A stretch of 64,000 bases of DNA, filler included. It is 10 parts of 10 records of this genome, joined end to end, with 100 filler letters (N's around TTAATTAATTAA, not from the genome) between each part and the next. Parts side by side here need not be neighbours in the genome. Positions count along the whole stretch, not along the records: positions 43,120 to 50,910 come from SRR31147125_163012; positions 51,011 to 58,810 come from SRR31147125_163181; 8 more parts are not named here. One strand, 5' to 3'. A model generated the notes under the pieces. That model worked only from the letters and a program-made list of their open reading frames with translations, was not told where the DNA came from and searched no databases. Position 1 is the first letter of the stretch. Every line of letters starts with the position of its first letter. Below, in pieces: positions 48,377 to 58,910 of the stretch. A program made the translations under genes and the position numbers.

Positions 48377-49318
48377 ATGGACGACATTGACTTGATTCAG
48401 TATTATACCGTGGCAGAGATAACCTTGGCCCTTAAGTCGGATTTGCCGGCTGTGCCTGGAACGTTTGCGTCGAAATTTTCTCATTTTGAAGTGGATTGCC
48501 CCACAGGGGATATAATCTCTATTTGTCACCATTTTAACGGTTCCATGGATAAAGAGTTGTTGGATCGGGTTGCGATTCCTGAAAATAGGCGCTACTTTCG
48601 GCCGCCCTGGGCCATCTATCAGCATGGTGATGAATTGATTTATCAGCGGATCAAGCCTGCACCTCCCCATGGGGCATGGCTTCAAACCGTGGTCACGGAT
48701 AGCGCGCATTCCCGGCTGGATATTTTTAATGATCATCACACCAAAGAGAAGTTTAACCGGGGCGGATTGACCAGCTTGACCCTTTTTCCAACGGATCAGG
48801 TTCTCATCGGGCAATTGATGGGGCTTAGAAACGGCGGGATCATCCACTCCTTAGGAATTATCCTTAACGGTAAAGGATTCCTCTTTGTGGGCCATTCGGA
48901 TGCCGGGAAGTCCACCATGGCCGGAATAGTGAAGAACAAAGCGGTGATCCTCTGTGACGATCGCAATGTGATCTGGAAAAAAGAGAGCGGGTATCGACTC
49001 TCCGGCACCTGGAGCCATGGGGATGTTCCGGATGTTTCTGCAGAAACAGCCCCACTGGCTGGAATTTTCTTTTTACAGCAGGCACCCGAAAACAAAGTAG
49101 AGCCAATCGTCGAGCCCATGGCAAAATTTGAAAAGTTGCTGCCGTGTTTAATTCGACCGTTGGGAACAAAGAAGTGGTGGGACAGATCCTTGTCGTTTTT
49201 GGAAGACGCCTCAAATGAGATTGCCGGCTGGCAGCTGAAATTTGATAAAAGCGGGGATGTTTTTCATCTCATTGATCAGGTCGCACGCGATAGTGTTGTT
49301 GATAAGAATGGCGGTTAG
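48377..49318 (+). CDS. HPr-kinase-related P-loop protein (ScmC-like)
   Basis: IIHSLGI, GFLFVGHSDAGKST, ILCDDR, GTWSHG and PLAGIFFL. Confidence 0.72.
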   Translation: MDDIDLIQYYTVAEITLALKSDLPAVPGTFASKFSHFEVDCPTGDIISICHHFNGSMDKELLDRVAIPENRRYFRPPWAIYQHGDELIYQRIKPAPPHGAWLQTVVTDSAHSRLDIFNDHHTKEKFNRGGLTSLTLFPTDQVLIGQLMGLRNGGIIHSLGIILNGKGFLFVGHSDAGKSTMAGIVKNKAVILCDDRNVIWKKESGYRLSGTWSHGDVPDVSAETAPLAGIFFLQQAPENKVEPIVEPMAKFEKLLPCLIRPLGTKKWWDRSLSFLEDASNEIAGWQLKFDKSGDVFHLIDQVARDSVVDKNGG

Positions 49319-49326
49319 GATGTGTT

Positions 49327-49643
49327 ATGAGTAAAAAAGTGCATGATGTGGATATGGACGCTGTTTATGTGCCGTCTCAAAAGATCGTGGCAAGGATGAT
49401 CCAGGAAAAGTTGATCATCGTTCCCATCGAGGACGGAATAGCCGACTTGAATGATGCCATGTTTTCCTTTAACGAGACCGGCACAAAAATATGGGAGGGG
49501 ATCGAGGCAAAAAAAGCCTCAATGAAATTAGCGCGGCATTTGTCACTGCGTATGATGCCGATATCGATGAGATCAACAGCGACGTGGCGGCGCTTGTGGA
49601 AACATTGCTGAATAAAGGAATGGTTGAGAAGTGGACGCGTTAA
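49327..49643 (+). CDS. PqqD family / RiPP recognition element protein (frameshift in the A-run near 49510)
   Basis: IVARMIQEKLIIVPI...FSFNETGTKIWE. The corrected frame continues ...YDA....INSDVAALVETLLNKGMV. Confidence 0.82.
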
Positions 49644-50152
49644 ACCTGAGCGGCAAGGATATCTGTGGGCTGCTACGGGATTTTTCCGCTGACAGCGAAA
49701 GCCCCTACGCCGTTCGAATGGTGTGTCGAGGGGGCAGTATGAGTCCGTTTATCCCGGACGAAAGTGTCGTTACCATGCATCCTTTTTCGCAGAATCAGCC
49801 GCTGAAAGTGGGGGATGTGGTGGCGCTCTTTTCTCCGCAGGCGGAAAAGCTCTTTTTGCACAGAGTCATTGCCGGGAAAGGAGCCCGCTATTTGATAAAA
49901 GGGGATAACAACCCAGCGGGTGAGGGGTGGTTTCATCAACGGGATATCATCGCCATTGTCTCACAGGTGGAGCGTCCTTCCGGGATGAGGCATCGTCCTC
50001 ATCGGTGGATGGACCATTTCATTGCCATCGCCTCCAGGCGCAATTTTTTTTACTTTCCACGGTTAATCCGCGTTATCAAATCGATAATCGAGGCGGTTCC
50101 ACTCTCCGCCCCTGCATTGTTTCAATCCCCAAACGCCTCTATCGGAAAGTGA
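49631..50152 (+). CDS. S24/S26 family peptidase
   Basis: GGSMSPFI, GDVV, LFLHRV (His where Lys is usual) and IKGDN. Confidence 0.8.
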   Translation: MDALNLSGKDICGLLRDFSADSESPYAVRMVCRGGSMSPFIPDESVVTMHPFSQNQPLKVGDVVALFSPQAEKLFLHRVIAGKGARYLIKGDNNPAGEGWFHQRDIIAIVSQVERPSGMRHRPHRWMDHFIAIASRRNFFYFPRLIRVIKSIIEAVPLSAPALFQSPNASIGK

Positions 50153-50162
50153 GTGTTGAACC

Positions 50163-50910
50163 TTGGAATATCAGAACGTCATAGCGCTGTCTGAGCTTCC
50201 CATCTGGGAAACCGCTGCAAAGAGTCGTTCGCTGCTCTCCATTGTGTTTGAACTGACGGCAAGGTGCAACAATGCGTGTCCTCACTGTTACATTAACCTT
50301 CCGGCAGAGGACTTTGAAGCGCAACAAAATGAGCTTGCCTTTGATCAGATTCGAAAAATTGCCGATGAAGCCGAAGCGTTAGGCGTATTGTGGGTCACCT
50401 TAAGTGGCGGAGAGCCGCTGTTAAGGGATGACTTTGCAGAAATATATCTCTATTTGAAAAAGAGAGGATTTTTAGTCTCTCTTCTCACCAATGCCTCATT
50501 GGTTACGGATGCTCATATCCGACTATTCAAGCAGTTTCCGCCCCGGGAAATAGAGGTCACGGTTTATGGTATCTCATCCGACGTTCATGCCAGGGTCACC
50601 GGAAGAGCAACGTTTGATGAAACAATGGCCGGTATCGATCTTATGGTTCGGGCCGGTTTGCCTGTCAATTTAAAATGTATGGTAATTTCAGACAATCTGT
50701 GTGAGTTCCATGAAATCGCCGAATTTTGTCGAAAAAGAACAACCCGTGCGTTTCGATTTGATCCGTTGCTTCATTTTCGACTGGATCGCGATGAGCATAA
50801 AAATCGATTGATCGCATCCCGGAGAATCTCTCCGGAGCAGATTTTGGCGATAGAGAAAAGTGACCCTGAGCGGCGTGAGTCCGTAAAAAGAAAATGGTCG
50901 AGCGGGTCGT
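50163..50910 (+). CDS. Radical SAM protein, PqqE/SPASM-clade-like (3' truncated)
   Basis: ELTARCNNACPHCY (CX3CX2C), SGGEPLLR and TNASL. Confidence 0.85.
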
Positions 50911-51010
50911 NNNNNNNNNNNNNNNNNNNNNNNNNNNNNNNNNNNNNNNNNNNNTTAATTAATTAANNNNNNNNNNNNNNNNNNNNNNNNNNNNNNNNNN
51001 NNNNNNNNNN
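50911..51010. other. Artificial contig linker
   Basis: N-run, TTAATTAATTAA, N-run. Confidence 0.98.
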
Positions 51011-51776
51011 GGAGATCCTGCAGGCCGACCTGCACTCGTTCACGCGGCTCGCCAATCTGCAACAGATACCATTGCCAGGTGGAGACGCGGCTGCCCAGGA
51101 ACCGTGGCGCATGGCGGCATCGTTTCTCTTTCGCCTCTTCGGTCCCGATGCGGGACATCACCCCTTTTTGCCCTCAGTCGATACCGGACGCTTGAATGTG
51201 GTCATGCAGATGCTTGCGAACGACTTCAACGCACCGCTCACGTCGAGCTGCGGTAGATTGTTCGACGGGGTGGCGGCCCTGCTCGGTCTCACCATGGTCT
51301 CGACATACGAAGGACAGGCGGCCATGCGTCTCGAGAGCTGCGCGCGCGGCGCATTGACAAGGGACTGGAAAACGCTGTTGGTTGACCGATGTGCGGATGC
51401 GGACGCATATTTAACCCAGGTCAATGAACAAAGATGGGAGATAAATTCCCCGTTATTTGTTAAAGAGATAGTACAAGATATGTCTTCCGGAAAAAACCAG
51501 TCCGCGATTGCTCTGCAGTTTCACTCCTGGCTGATCAGTTGTATTTCCCGCCTCGTCGAGAAACTATCAGAAACCACAGGGATTGACGACATTGTCCTTT
51601 CCGGCGGCAGCATGCAGAACGGAATTTTACTGGAAGGTTTGCTTTTCAGCCTGACCGAAATGGGACTCACCCCGTACACCGGCTCACAGATTCCGGTGAA
51701 CGACGGCGGGATTTCTGTCGGTCAGGCACTAATAGGAGGTGTACGACATGTGTCTGGCAGTACCGATGAAAGTTGA
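51011..51776 (+). CDS. hypF: Carbamoyltransferase HypF, C-terminal part
   Basis: PGGDAAAQEPWR, TSSCGRLFD, YEGQAAM and PVNDGGISVGQ. Confidence 0.93.
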
Positions 51777-52026
51777 ACGAATTGAAGGCGACCCCGAGGA
51801 TTTCCTCCAGGACCAGATAGCCGTGGTCAACATGGAAGGGGTGAGCACAAAGGTCAGGCTCGACGTCGTCGACCGCTGGCCTGAAGTCGGCGACTACGTG
51901 ATCGTTCATGCGGGTTTTGCGATCCACTCACTGGTAGAAGAGGAAGCCAAACGAAATATCGAGCTCATCCGTGAGATGGCCGCACACATGCCCGAGGAGA
52001 TGCTCATTCCCGGAGAGGATACGTGA
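51748..52026 (+). CDS. hypC: Hydrogenase chaperone HypC
   Basis: MCLAVP and GDYVIVHAGFAI. Confidence 0.95.
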   Translation: MCLAVPMKVERIEGDPEDFLQDQIAVVNMEGVSTKVRLDVVDRWPEVGDYVIVHAGFAIHSLVEEEAKRNIELIREMAAHMPEEMLIPGEDT

Positions 52027-53107
52027 AGCATATCGACGAGTATCGGGACAGCCGGCTGGTCAAACCGCTGGTCGTCGAGCTGAAGCAGTCCCTCTCCCGC
52101 CCGGTACGCCTCATGGAGGTATGCGGAACGCATACGATGGCGATCTTTCGCAGCGGTGTCCACTCGATACTTCCGGAAGGCATGGAGATTGTCTCCGGCC
52201 CCGGCTGCCCGGTGTGCGTAACATCCGCGTCGCACATGGACGCCTTCATCTCGATGGCGGAGATTCCCTCCGTCAGAGTTGCCATTTTCGGTGATTTGTT
52301 TCGCGTTCCCGGCAGCGGCGGATCGCTCGCCAACGCCGCCGCAAGGGGGCGCGGGTCGACGTTGTCTACTCGCCGATGGATGCACTCGAGTCGGCGAAAA
52401 ACAACCCCGACGAGCTGGTCGTGTTTCTCGGCGTCGGGTTTGAGACGACGACACCCGGCATCGCCGCAACAATTCTCGCCGCCCACAGGGACGGAATCGA
52501 AAATTTTTGCGTTTTTTCTACCCAGAAAGTTATTCCGGGACCACTCAAGTTGCTGATGCAGGACCCCGAACTGAACATCAACGCACTGCTCTGTCCCGGA
52601 CACGTGTCTGCCATCATCGGGGCCGGCGCGTACCAGGGATTCGCCGACAACGGGCTGGCCTGCGTCGTGGCCGGATTCGAACCTGCGGACCTGCTCAACG
52701 GGCTGATCCTGCTCGCAAGGCAGGTCGGCAGCGGCGAACCCAAAGTTGAGAACATCTACCCCCGCGTCGTCTCCTGGGACGGAAACCAGCGTGCGCAGGC
52801 GATGGTCGATGAAATCTTTGAGCCGGTCGATATGGAGTGGCGCGGACTCGGTTACATCGAACAGAGCGGGCTGGCCATCAGGGATAAATACGAACGCTTC
52901 GATGCACAGAAACGGCTCGATGTGGAGGTCCCGGAAACTGCGGAACCCAAAGGCTGTCTCTGCGGAGAGATTCTCAAGGGACAGACGATACCACTGCACT
53001 GTCCGCTGTTTAACACGCGCTGCACCCCGGCTCACCCGATCGGCCCGTGTATGGTCTCCAGCGAAGGAACCTGTGCGGCCTATCACAAATACGGTCAGGA
53101 CGTATAG
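52023..53107 (+). CDS. hypD: Hydrogenase maturation protein HypD (frameshift near 52345)
   Basis: MEVCGTHT, GPGCPVC, GFETT, PGHVS and GPCMVSSEGTC. Confidence 0.93.
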
Positions 53108-53144
53108 CCCGACTCCGGAAATCCCTCACTACCGATAACCAACT

Positions 53145-54158
53145 ATGTCAGACAAAATCATCCTTCTCGATCACGGCAGCGGCGGGCTTGCCAGCCAGGA
53201 ACTGATCAGCAATCTTTTCCTCAAGTACCTGACGAGTCCGGTATTGAAGGGGCTCGAAGACAGCGCGGTGCTCGATAATCAGCCCGGCCTGCTGGTATTC
53301 ACCACCGACAGCTACGTGGTCGACCCGCTCTTCTTTCCCGGTGGCGACATCGGCAAACTTGCCGTTCACGGTACCATCAACGACCTCGCGATGCGGGGCG
53401 GCCGTCCGCTCTGCCTGAGTCTTGCGCTCATCCTCGAAGAAGGGATGAGTCTCGACGAGCTGGAACGTATCATCGTCTCCATCAGCGAGGCCTCGGAGTC
53501 CAGCGGGGTTCCGATCGTCACCGGAGATACGAAGGTCGTCCCCCGCGGCAAGGGCGACAAGGTCTTTATCAACACGTCGGGGATCGGTCTTGCCGACGAA
53601 TCGATTACGCTCTCTTCTCAAAACGGTCGGCCCGGAGATGCGGTCATTCTGTCGGGGAGCATGGGCGATCACGGGATTACGATCATGACCAGGCGCGCGG
53701 GCCTCTCGCTCGACGGCAACCTGCGCAGCGACACGATGCCACTGCACCGGCTGGTATCCACGGTTTTGTCTGCGGCCCCTCAGGCCGTACGGACCTTCCG
53801 TGATCCCACCCGGGGCGGTGTGGCTTCCACCCTCAACGAGATCGCGGCGGCCAGCGGATTGACCATCGTCCTCGATGAAGAACAGCTGCCGATCCACGGC
53901 GAAGTTAGGGCCGCCTGTGAAATACTGGGGCTGGAGCCGCTCTACCTCGCCAACGAAGGCAAGTGCCTGGCTGTCGTAGACGGAGAAAAAACTGAAGAAA
54001 TCCTCGCACTCATGCGGGACACTGAAGAAGGCAGGGAAGCGGTATGTATCGGCAGGCTCGAGGAAGGCCGCGCCGGCCGGGTCCTGATCAACACACCCAT
54101 CGGCGGATCGCGGGTCGTGACACCACTGCACGGAGAACCGCTGCCGCGCATCTGTTAA
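53145..54158 (+). CDS. hypE: Hydrogenase maturation protein HypE
   Basis: HGSGG, FTTDSYVV, GDTKVV, RDPTRGG and C-terminal PRIC. Confidence 0.95.
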   Translation: MSDKIILLDHGSGGLASQELISNLFLKYLTSPVLKGLEDSAVLDNQPGLLVFTTDSYVVDPLFFPGGDIGKLAVHGTINDLAMRGGRPLCLSLALILEEGMSLDELERIIVSISEASESSGVPIVTGDTKVVPRGKGDKVFINTSGIGLADESITLSSQNGRPGDAVILSGSMGDHGITIMTRRAGLSLDGNLRSDTMPLHRLVSTVLSAAPQAVRTFRDPTRGGVASTLNEIAAASGLTIVLDEEQLPIHGEVRAACEILGLEPLYLANEGKCLAVVDGEKTEEILALMRDTEEGREAVCIGRLEEGRAGRVLINTPIGGSRVVTPLHGEPLPRIC

Positions 54159-54166
54159 GGAGTACC

Positions 54167-54667
54167 ATGGACAACGCAGACAAGAAGATTGGCATACTGG
54201 GTATCGGCAACCTGATCGTCGGGGACGAGGGGTTTGGCGTGCACACCGTCCGCTACCTCGAACAACACTATGAATTCCCCGATAATGTCGTCGTGATGGA
54301 TGGCGGCACCGCCGGTATCTACATGAGCCCCTTTCTCGAGGAGTGCGACCCGGTTATCGTCATCGATGTGGTAGATATCGATGCAGAGCCGGGCTCCATG
54401 CACTACTACTCGAACGAAGACGTCAAGGCAGGGAAACTCAGTACCCGGATGTCGCCACACCAGCTCGGACTGCTGGAGATCCTCGAGATCTGCAAACTCC
54501 GTGACGCCGCCCCGGAAAGCCTGGAATTCTACTGCGTAGTCCCGAAGGTCCTGGAAACGACCACGGAACTGTCCGGCGTGGTCGCGCCCCGCGTCAGCGA
54601 AATCAGCGATATCGTCCTGAAGCGGTTGGTGGAGATGGGCGTGGACGTCAGAAAACGGAGCGACTGA
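54167..54667 (+). CDS. Hydrogenase maturation protease (HyaD/HybD family)
   Basis: LGIGNLIVGDEGFGV, DGGT and SPHQLG. Confidence 0.9.
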   Translation: MDNADKKIGILGIGNLIVGDEGFGVHTVRYLEQHYEFPDNVVVMDGGTAGIYMSPFLEECDPVIVIDVVDIDAEPGSMHYYSNEDVKAGKLSTRMSPHQLGLLEILEICKLRDAAPESLEFYCVVPKVLETTTELSGVVAPRVSEISDIVLKRLVEMGVDVRKRSD

Positions 54668-54673
54668 TCGATC

Positions 54674-55021
54674 ATGCATGAAATCTCGCTTGTCCAGGGG
54701 CTGCTCCAGCAGCTGCACGATATCGCCGTCGAGCACAAGACCACGAAGGTGACCAAGGTGACGATGGTTATCGGCCCGCTCTCGGGCGTCGTCGTCGACT
54801 CGTTCCAGTTCGGATTCGATATCCTCACGAAGGAGGACGAGCTGGTTTCAGGTGCCGAGTTGGAGATCGTCGTGCCGGAGGTCACCTACCGCTGCAGCGC
54901 GTGCGGCGCGGTCGAATGCACAGCCGGTCAGCGGCCACAGAACTGCAGTGCATGCGGTGACCCGATTCTTATAGCGGAAGCGGGGGACGACCTCATATTG
55001 CAACAGGTTGAAATGGAATAA
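54674..55021 (+). CDS. hypA: Nickel metallochaperone HypA
   Basis: MHEISL and two CxxC motifs. Confidence 0.93.
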   Translation: MHEISLVQGLLQQLHDIAVEHKTTKVTKVTMVIGPLSGVVVDSFQFGFDILTKEDELVSGAELEIVVPEVTYRCSACGAVECTAGQRPQNCSACGDPILIAEAGDDLILQQVEME

Positions 55022-55051
55022 TTTCTTCAGATACAGACTATAGGTGAAACT

Positions 55052-55816
55052 ATGTGCGATGCGTGCGGATGCCAGACTCACACTCACAACCATGACCATG
55101 AACACGATCACGATCACGGTCACCCCCATACCCACGACGAATCGGTCATCGTCGATATCAACCGGTCACTGTTTGCGGCCAACGATGCGATGGCCAGATC
55201 GAATCGTGAACACTTCGATGATGAAAACCTCGTCGTACTGAACCTGATCTCGAGCCCCGGATCCGGAAAAACGACCCTGCTCGAACACACCATCGACCAG
55301 CTTGGAGACGAGATGAACATCGGGGTAATCGAAGGGGATATTGAAACGGAGCGTGACGCGGACCGGATCAGGGCCAAGGGCGTTCCCGCCATCCAGCTGA
55401 CCACCGGAGGAGCCTGTCACCTCGACGCGTCCATGATCCACCGCGCCTTTCACCAGCTCCAGAAAGAGCAGGGCGGCGACCGCCTCGACCTGCTGGTCAT
55501 CGAAAATGTGGGCAACCTCGTGTGTCCTGCAACCTTCGACCTCGGAGAGCATCAGCGTGTCGTGCTCGTATCGGTGCCAGAAGGCCCCGATAAGCCGGCA
55601 AAGTACCCGAAGGCATTCACCAGCTCGCAGGTCTTCCTGATCACCAAGACCGACCTGCTCCCCTATTTCGATTTCGAGGTGGCGGAGGCGACGAAGGAAG
55701 CGCTGACCCTCAACCCGGCTCTGGAGGTTATGGATTTCTCGTCGACCACCGGTGAAGGATTCGGTGTGTGGCTCGACTATCTGAGAGGTCTGGTCACGCA
55801 GGCGAAGAAAAAATAG
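55052..55816 (+). CDS. hypB: Nickel incorporation GTPase HypB with a His-rich N-terminus
   Basis: MCDACGC, His tract, SPGSGKTT, CHLDA and ENVGNLVCP. Confidence 0.95.
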   Translation: MCDACGCQTHTHNHDHEHDHDHGHPHTHDESVIVDINRSLFAANDAMARSNREHFDDENLVVLNLISSPGSGKTTLLEHTIDQLGDEMNIGVIEGDIETERDADRIRAKGVPAIQLTTGGACHLDASMIHRAFHQLQKEQGGDRLDLLVIENVGNLVCPATFDLGEHQRVVLVSVPEGPDKPAKYPKAFTSSQVFLITKTDLLPYFDFEVAEATKEALTLNPALEVMDFSSTTGEGFGVWLDYLRGLVTQAKKK

Positions 55817-55823
55817 CGGGAGG

Positions 55824-56756
55824 CTATTTCTCGAGCTCTGCCCGAATTGCCGCCAGCATCTCCCGCCCGTCATGTTCGAGGATGTACGTGCCGGCTTCCG
55901 TCCCCAGAACTTCGGGGTCGCCAGCCGGCCCACTGACCCGCTTCTGCAGCAGACGGCTTCCGTCAAGATTTGCCAGACCGGCGGTCAGGCTGATCGACCC
56001 GTCTGTCATAACGGCATGCCCGAATGCGGGGATTGAACAGCCGCCTTCCATGGTTTTCAGAAATGCCCGCTCGGCGCGCAGACATAACTCGCTTTCCCTG
56101 TTGTTCACGGAGGCCCTGATCACTCCCTTCTTTTCACCGGAAAGGTCGGCTGACGCCTCAATGGCGATACACCCCTGCCCCACCGGCGGAATGAAATGGT
56201 CCAGCGCAAAGGAGTGGACAATCAGATCATCATACCCCATCCGGGTAACCCCGGCATACGCAAGGATCAGCACATCGCAGGCCCCGGCCTCGAGCTTGGC
56301 CAGCCTGGTCTGCAGGTTGCCCCGCATCGGAACCGTTGCGATATGCGGGTGGAAATGCTTAAGCATTGCAGCACGCCGGACCGAGGACGTGCCGACCGTC
56401 AACGGTTGTGATGCGTCATCGAGGTCCACCGGCTTTGTCCCGACCAGGACATCGTGACTCCGCTCCCGCTCAGTAAAAGCGATCAGCTCAAACCCATCGG
56501 GCAGCGTGGACTGCATGTCCTTCGCCGAATGAACCGCGATATCGACAACACCGTTTGCAAGCTGTTCTTCGAGCTCTTCGGTGAATACCCCCTTGCTGCC
56601 GATCTTGGCGATGGAACGGTCGAGAATTTTGTCCCCCCGGGTCTCCATCGACACGATCTCCGTGTTGACTCCGTTTTCCTCCAGCAGCCGGCACACCGTC
56701 TCGGTCTGCCACATCGCCAGTTTGCTTTTCCTCGTGCCTACGGTGATGGTCGTCAT
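55824..56756 (-). CDS. hemC: Hydroxymethylbilane synthase
   Basis: GTRKSKLAMWQ, DIAVHSAKD, GTSSVRR, RGN and EGGCSIP. Confidence 0.93.
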   Translation of the reverse strand: MTTITVGTRKSKLAMWQTETVCRLLEENGVNTEIVSMETRGDKILDRSIAKIGSKGVFTEELEEQLANGVVDIAVHSAKDMQSTLPDGFELIAFTERERSHDVLVGTKPVDLDDASQPLTVGTSSVRRAAMLKHFHPHIATVPMRGNLQTRLAKLEAGACDVLILAYAGVTRMGYDDLIVHSFALDHFIPPVGQGCIAIEASADLSGEKKGVIRASVNNRESELCLRAERAFLKTMEGGCSIPAFGHAVMTDGSISLTAGLANLDGSRLLQKRVSGPAGDPEVLGTEAGTYILEHDGREMLAAIRAELEK

Positions 56757-56854
56757 AATCGTTGGTTGTCCTGTTACAATGGTTACTTCCTGCCCAATCG
56801 GAGAGCTACCATACCACATGTCCCGCGTTAATGTAAGCGGATCGGCGGCCCCTT

Positions 56855-58246
56855 TTATTCACTCCGGTCCCGGGGAAGCAGCACGGTAAAGGTGGTACCC
56901 CGGTTCAACTCGCTGCCCACGTCAATCCGGCCGCCGTGCGCGTCTACGACCGCCTTCACGTAATTCAGCCCCAGACCAAGCCCCGGCTGCGTCCGGCTCC
57001 GGTCCCCCCGGTACAGCCGTTCCCAGATCTTGCCGATCTCCTGGTTTGAGATGCCGATACCGGTATCGCTGAACACGACCTCCACCCACTGGTCAGCGTA
57101 ACGACCGCTGATGGTCAGACGACCCTTCTCACCGCCGTATTTGATCGCATTATCGACCAGATTGGCCCACACCTGGGAAAGCCGTGTCCGATCCCCGGAT
57201 ATCTCGAGGCTGCCGGCGATGTCGGTGATGATATGGAAGGAGCGTTCCTCGGCAAGATATTCGTAGAGTTCGACGACCTCCTCAAGCTGTCGATCGAGCC
57301 TGAACTGTTCGGTTTCCAGCCACATCATTCCGGATTCAGCCTCGGCAACGCTCATCATGATTTTAAGCATTGCCAGAATGCGTTCGCTCTCCTCGAGGCA
57401 GTCGGCCAGCGCATCCTGCAACGTTTCCGGGTCGCCGCCGCTCTGCAGCCCGTATTCGGCCACCGACCGCAGTCGGGTCATCGGGGTTCGCAGATCGTGG
57501 GCGACATTGTCGAGCGAGGCCTGCATCTCATTCACCAGCCGGCGGTTATGTTCGATAATACGATCGATCCGATCATAGATCTGACGATAGGGTTCGGGAA
57601 CGGTCCCGGATACCTGAAGGAGCGGCTGCTTGTCCGACTGGATCATAATGAGGTCGGATTCGAGCCTTTTCAGCGGGGCCGCAGCAACCCGGTAGCTCAG
57701 GTACACAATCAGCGCTGCCGCCGCAAGTGCGGCAAAAGCCGCGGCGACCGCTATCTTCACGATACGACGATACAGCCGGTAGGACGACCGGTCGAGCCGC
57801 CCTGCCTGGATAATGAGCCCGCTGTCAGGTGACACGGAGACGATGTTCCAGCGCAGTCCGTCGCCCCCGTCAAGGTCGAGCCAGCAACCGGAAAGCCCCG
57901 GATCGAAGCGGGCTATCGAACGGATATCGAAGCTGCCGTCGCTCGATGCAGAGAAAAACAGGTGGGCGTCATTTTGTATGATCCTGATAAAGCTGAAATC
58001 ACCTATGGATGTCTTTTCTAACGGGGCGTGGATCTGCTGACCGTGCAGAAGAGTCTGGTTGGCGGACAGGAACCGTTTGAGCGACTCCTCCATGTCCCCT
58101 GCAATCGACTGCTGCAGAAACAGTTTGATGCTGACAACGAAGATGATGATGCACACCAGTTGAACAGCCCATATCAGCAGAACCATGGCCGGGTAAAACC
58201 AGCGGCGCTTTCGCGATGGCTCGGTTTCAGCCGGATTTGAGAACAT
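56855..58246 (-). CDS. Membrane sensor histidine kinase
   Basis: Two TM helices, VAHDLRTPMTR, NLVDNAIKY and GLGLGL. Confidence 0.9.
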   Translation of the reverse strand: MFSNPAETEPSRKRRWFYPAMVLLIWAVQLVCIIIFVVSIKLFLQQSIAGDMEESLKRFLSANQTLLHGQQIHAPLEKTSIGDFSFIRIIQNDAHLFFSASSDGSFDIRSIARFDPGLSGCWLDLDGGDGLRWNIVSVSPDSGLIIQAGRLDRSSYRLYRRIVKIAVAAAFAALAAAALIVYLSYRVAAAPLKRLESDLIMIQSDKQPLLQVSGTVPEPYRQIYDRIDRIIEHNRRLVNEMQASLDNVAHDLRTPMTRLRSVAEYGLQSGGDPETLQDALADCLEESERILAMLKIMMSVAEAESGMMWLETEQFRLDRQLEEVVELYEYLAEERSFHIITDIAGSLEISGDRTRLSQVWANLVDNAIKYGGEKGRLTISGRYADQWVEVVFSDTGIGISNQEIGKIWERLYRGDRSRTQPGLGLGLNYVKAVVDAHGGRIDVGSELNRGTTFTVLLPRDRSE

Positions 58247-58810
58247 AGCCCATACCCCTGACGGTATGAATCAATTTTGGATCATAATCCCGGTCAATCC
58301 TGGTACGCAACCGACAGACGAGAACATCGACCACGTTGGTCTGCGGGTCGAACGAGTATTCATAGACACGCTCGAGAATTGCCGTTTTGGAAATAACCAT
58401 TTCCGGATGACGCATGAAATACTCGAGCAGCGCATACTCCTTGGCCGGCAGCTCGATTTTCTTACTGTCGCGCCGGACCTCGCGGCGCAACAGGTCCATT
58501 GTCAGGTTCTCGTAGTCGAGCGTGGTCTGTTCACCGTGCTTTCTGTCCCTGCGGATGAGCGCCTGAATCCTGGCCAGCAGTTCGCTGAAGGAAAACGGCT
58601 TGACCATATAGTCGTCGCCCCCCTGCTGCAGGCCCCTGATGCGGTCATCCACTGACTGTTTGGCACTCAGGATCAGTACCGGGGTAGCGATTTCCCGCCC
58701 CCGCATCCGCTCGATCAGCTGCAGGCCGTCGAGTCCGGGGAGCATGATGTCGATAACGGCGGCATCGTATTGGCCTGTCAAGGCGCATTCCAGCCCATCG
58801 TCGCCGTTGG
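58227..58810 (-). CDS. OmpR/CusR-type response regulator (5' truncated)
   Basis: DIMLPGLDG, KPFSFSEL, FDPQTNVVDV and IHTVRGMGY. Confidence 0.92.
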
Positions 58811-58910
58811 NNNNNNNNNNNNNNNNNNNNNNNNNNNNNNNNNNNNNNNNNNNNTTAATTAATTAANNNNNNNNNNNNNNNNNNNNNNNNNNNNNNNNNN
58901 NNNNNNNNNN
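58811..58910. other. Artificial contig linker
   Basis: N-run, TTAATTAATTAA, N-run. Confidence 0.98.

Noticed and set aside
30350-55816. Functional link between the [FeFe]-hydrogenase and the hyp genes
   Set aside because: They are on different contigs, and hyp genes mature [NiFe]-hydrogenases.
51906-57832. Long opposite-strand ORFs over the hyp, hemC and kinase genes
   Set aside because: Antisense shadows caused by codon bias.
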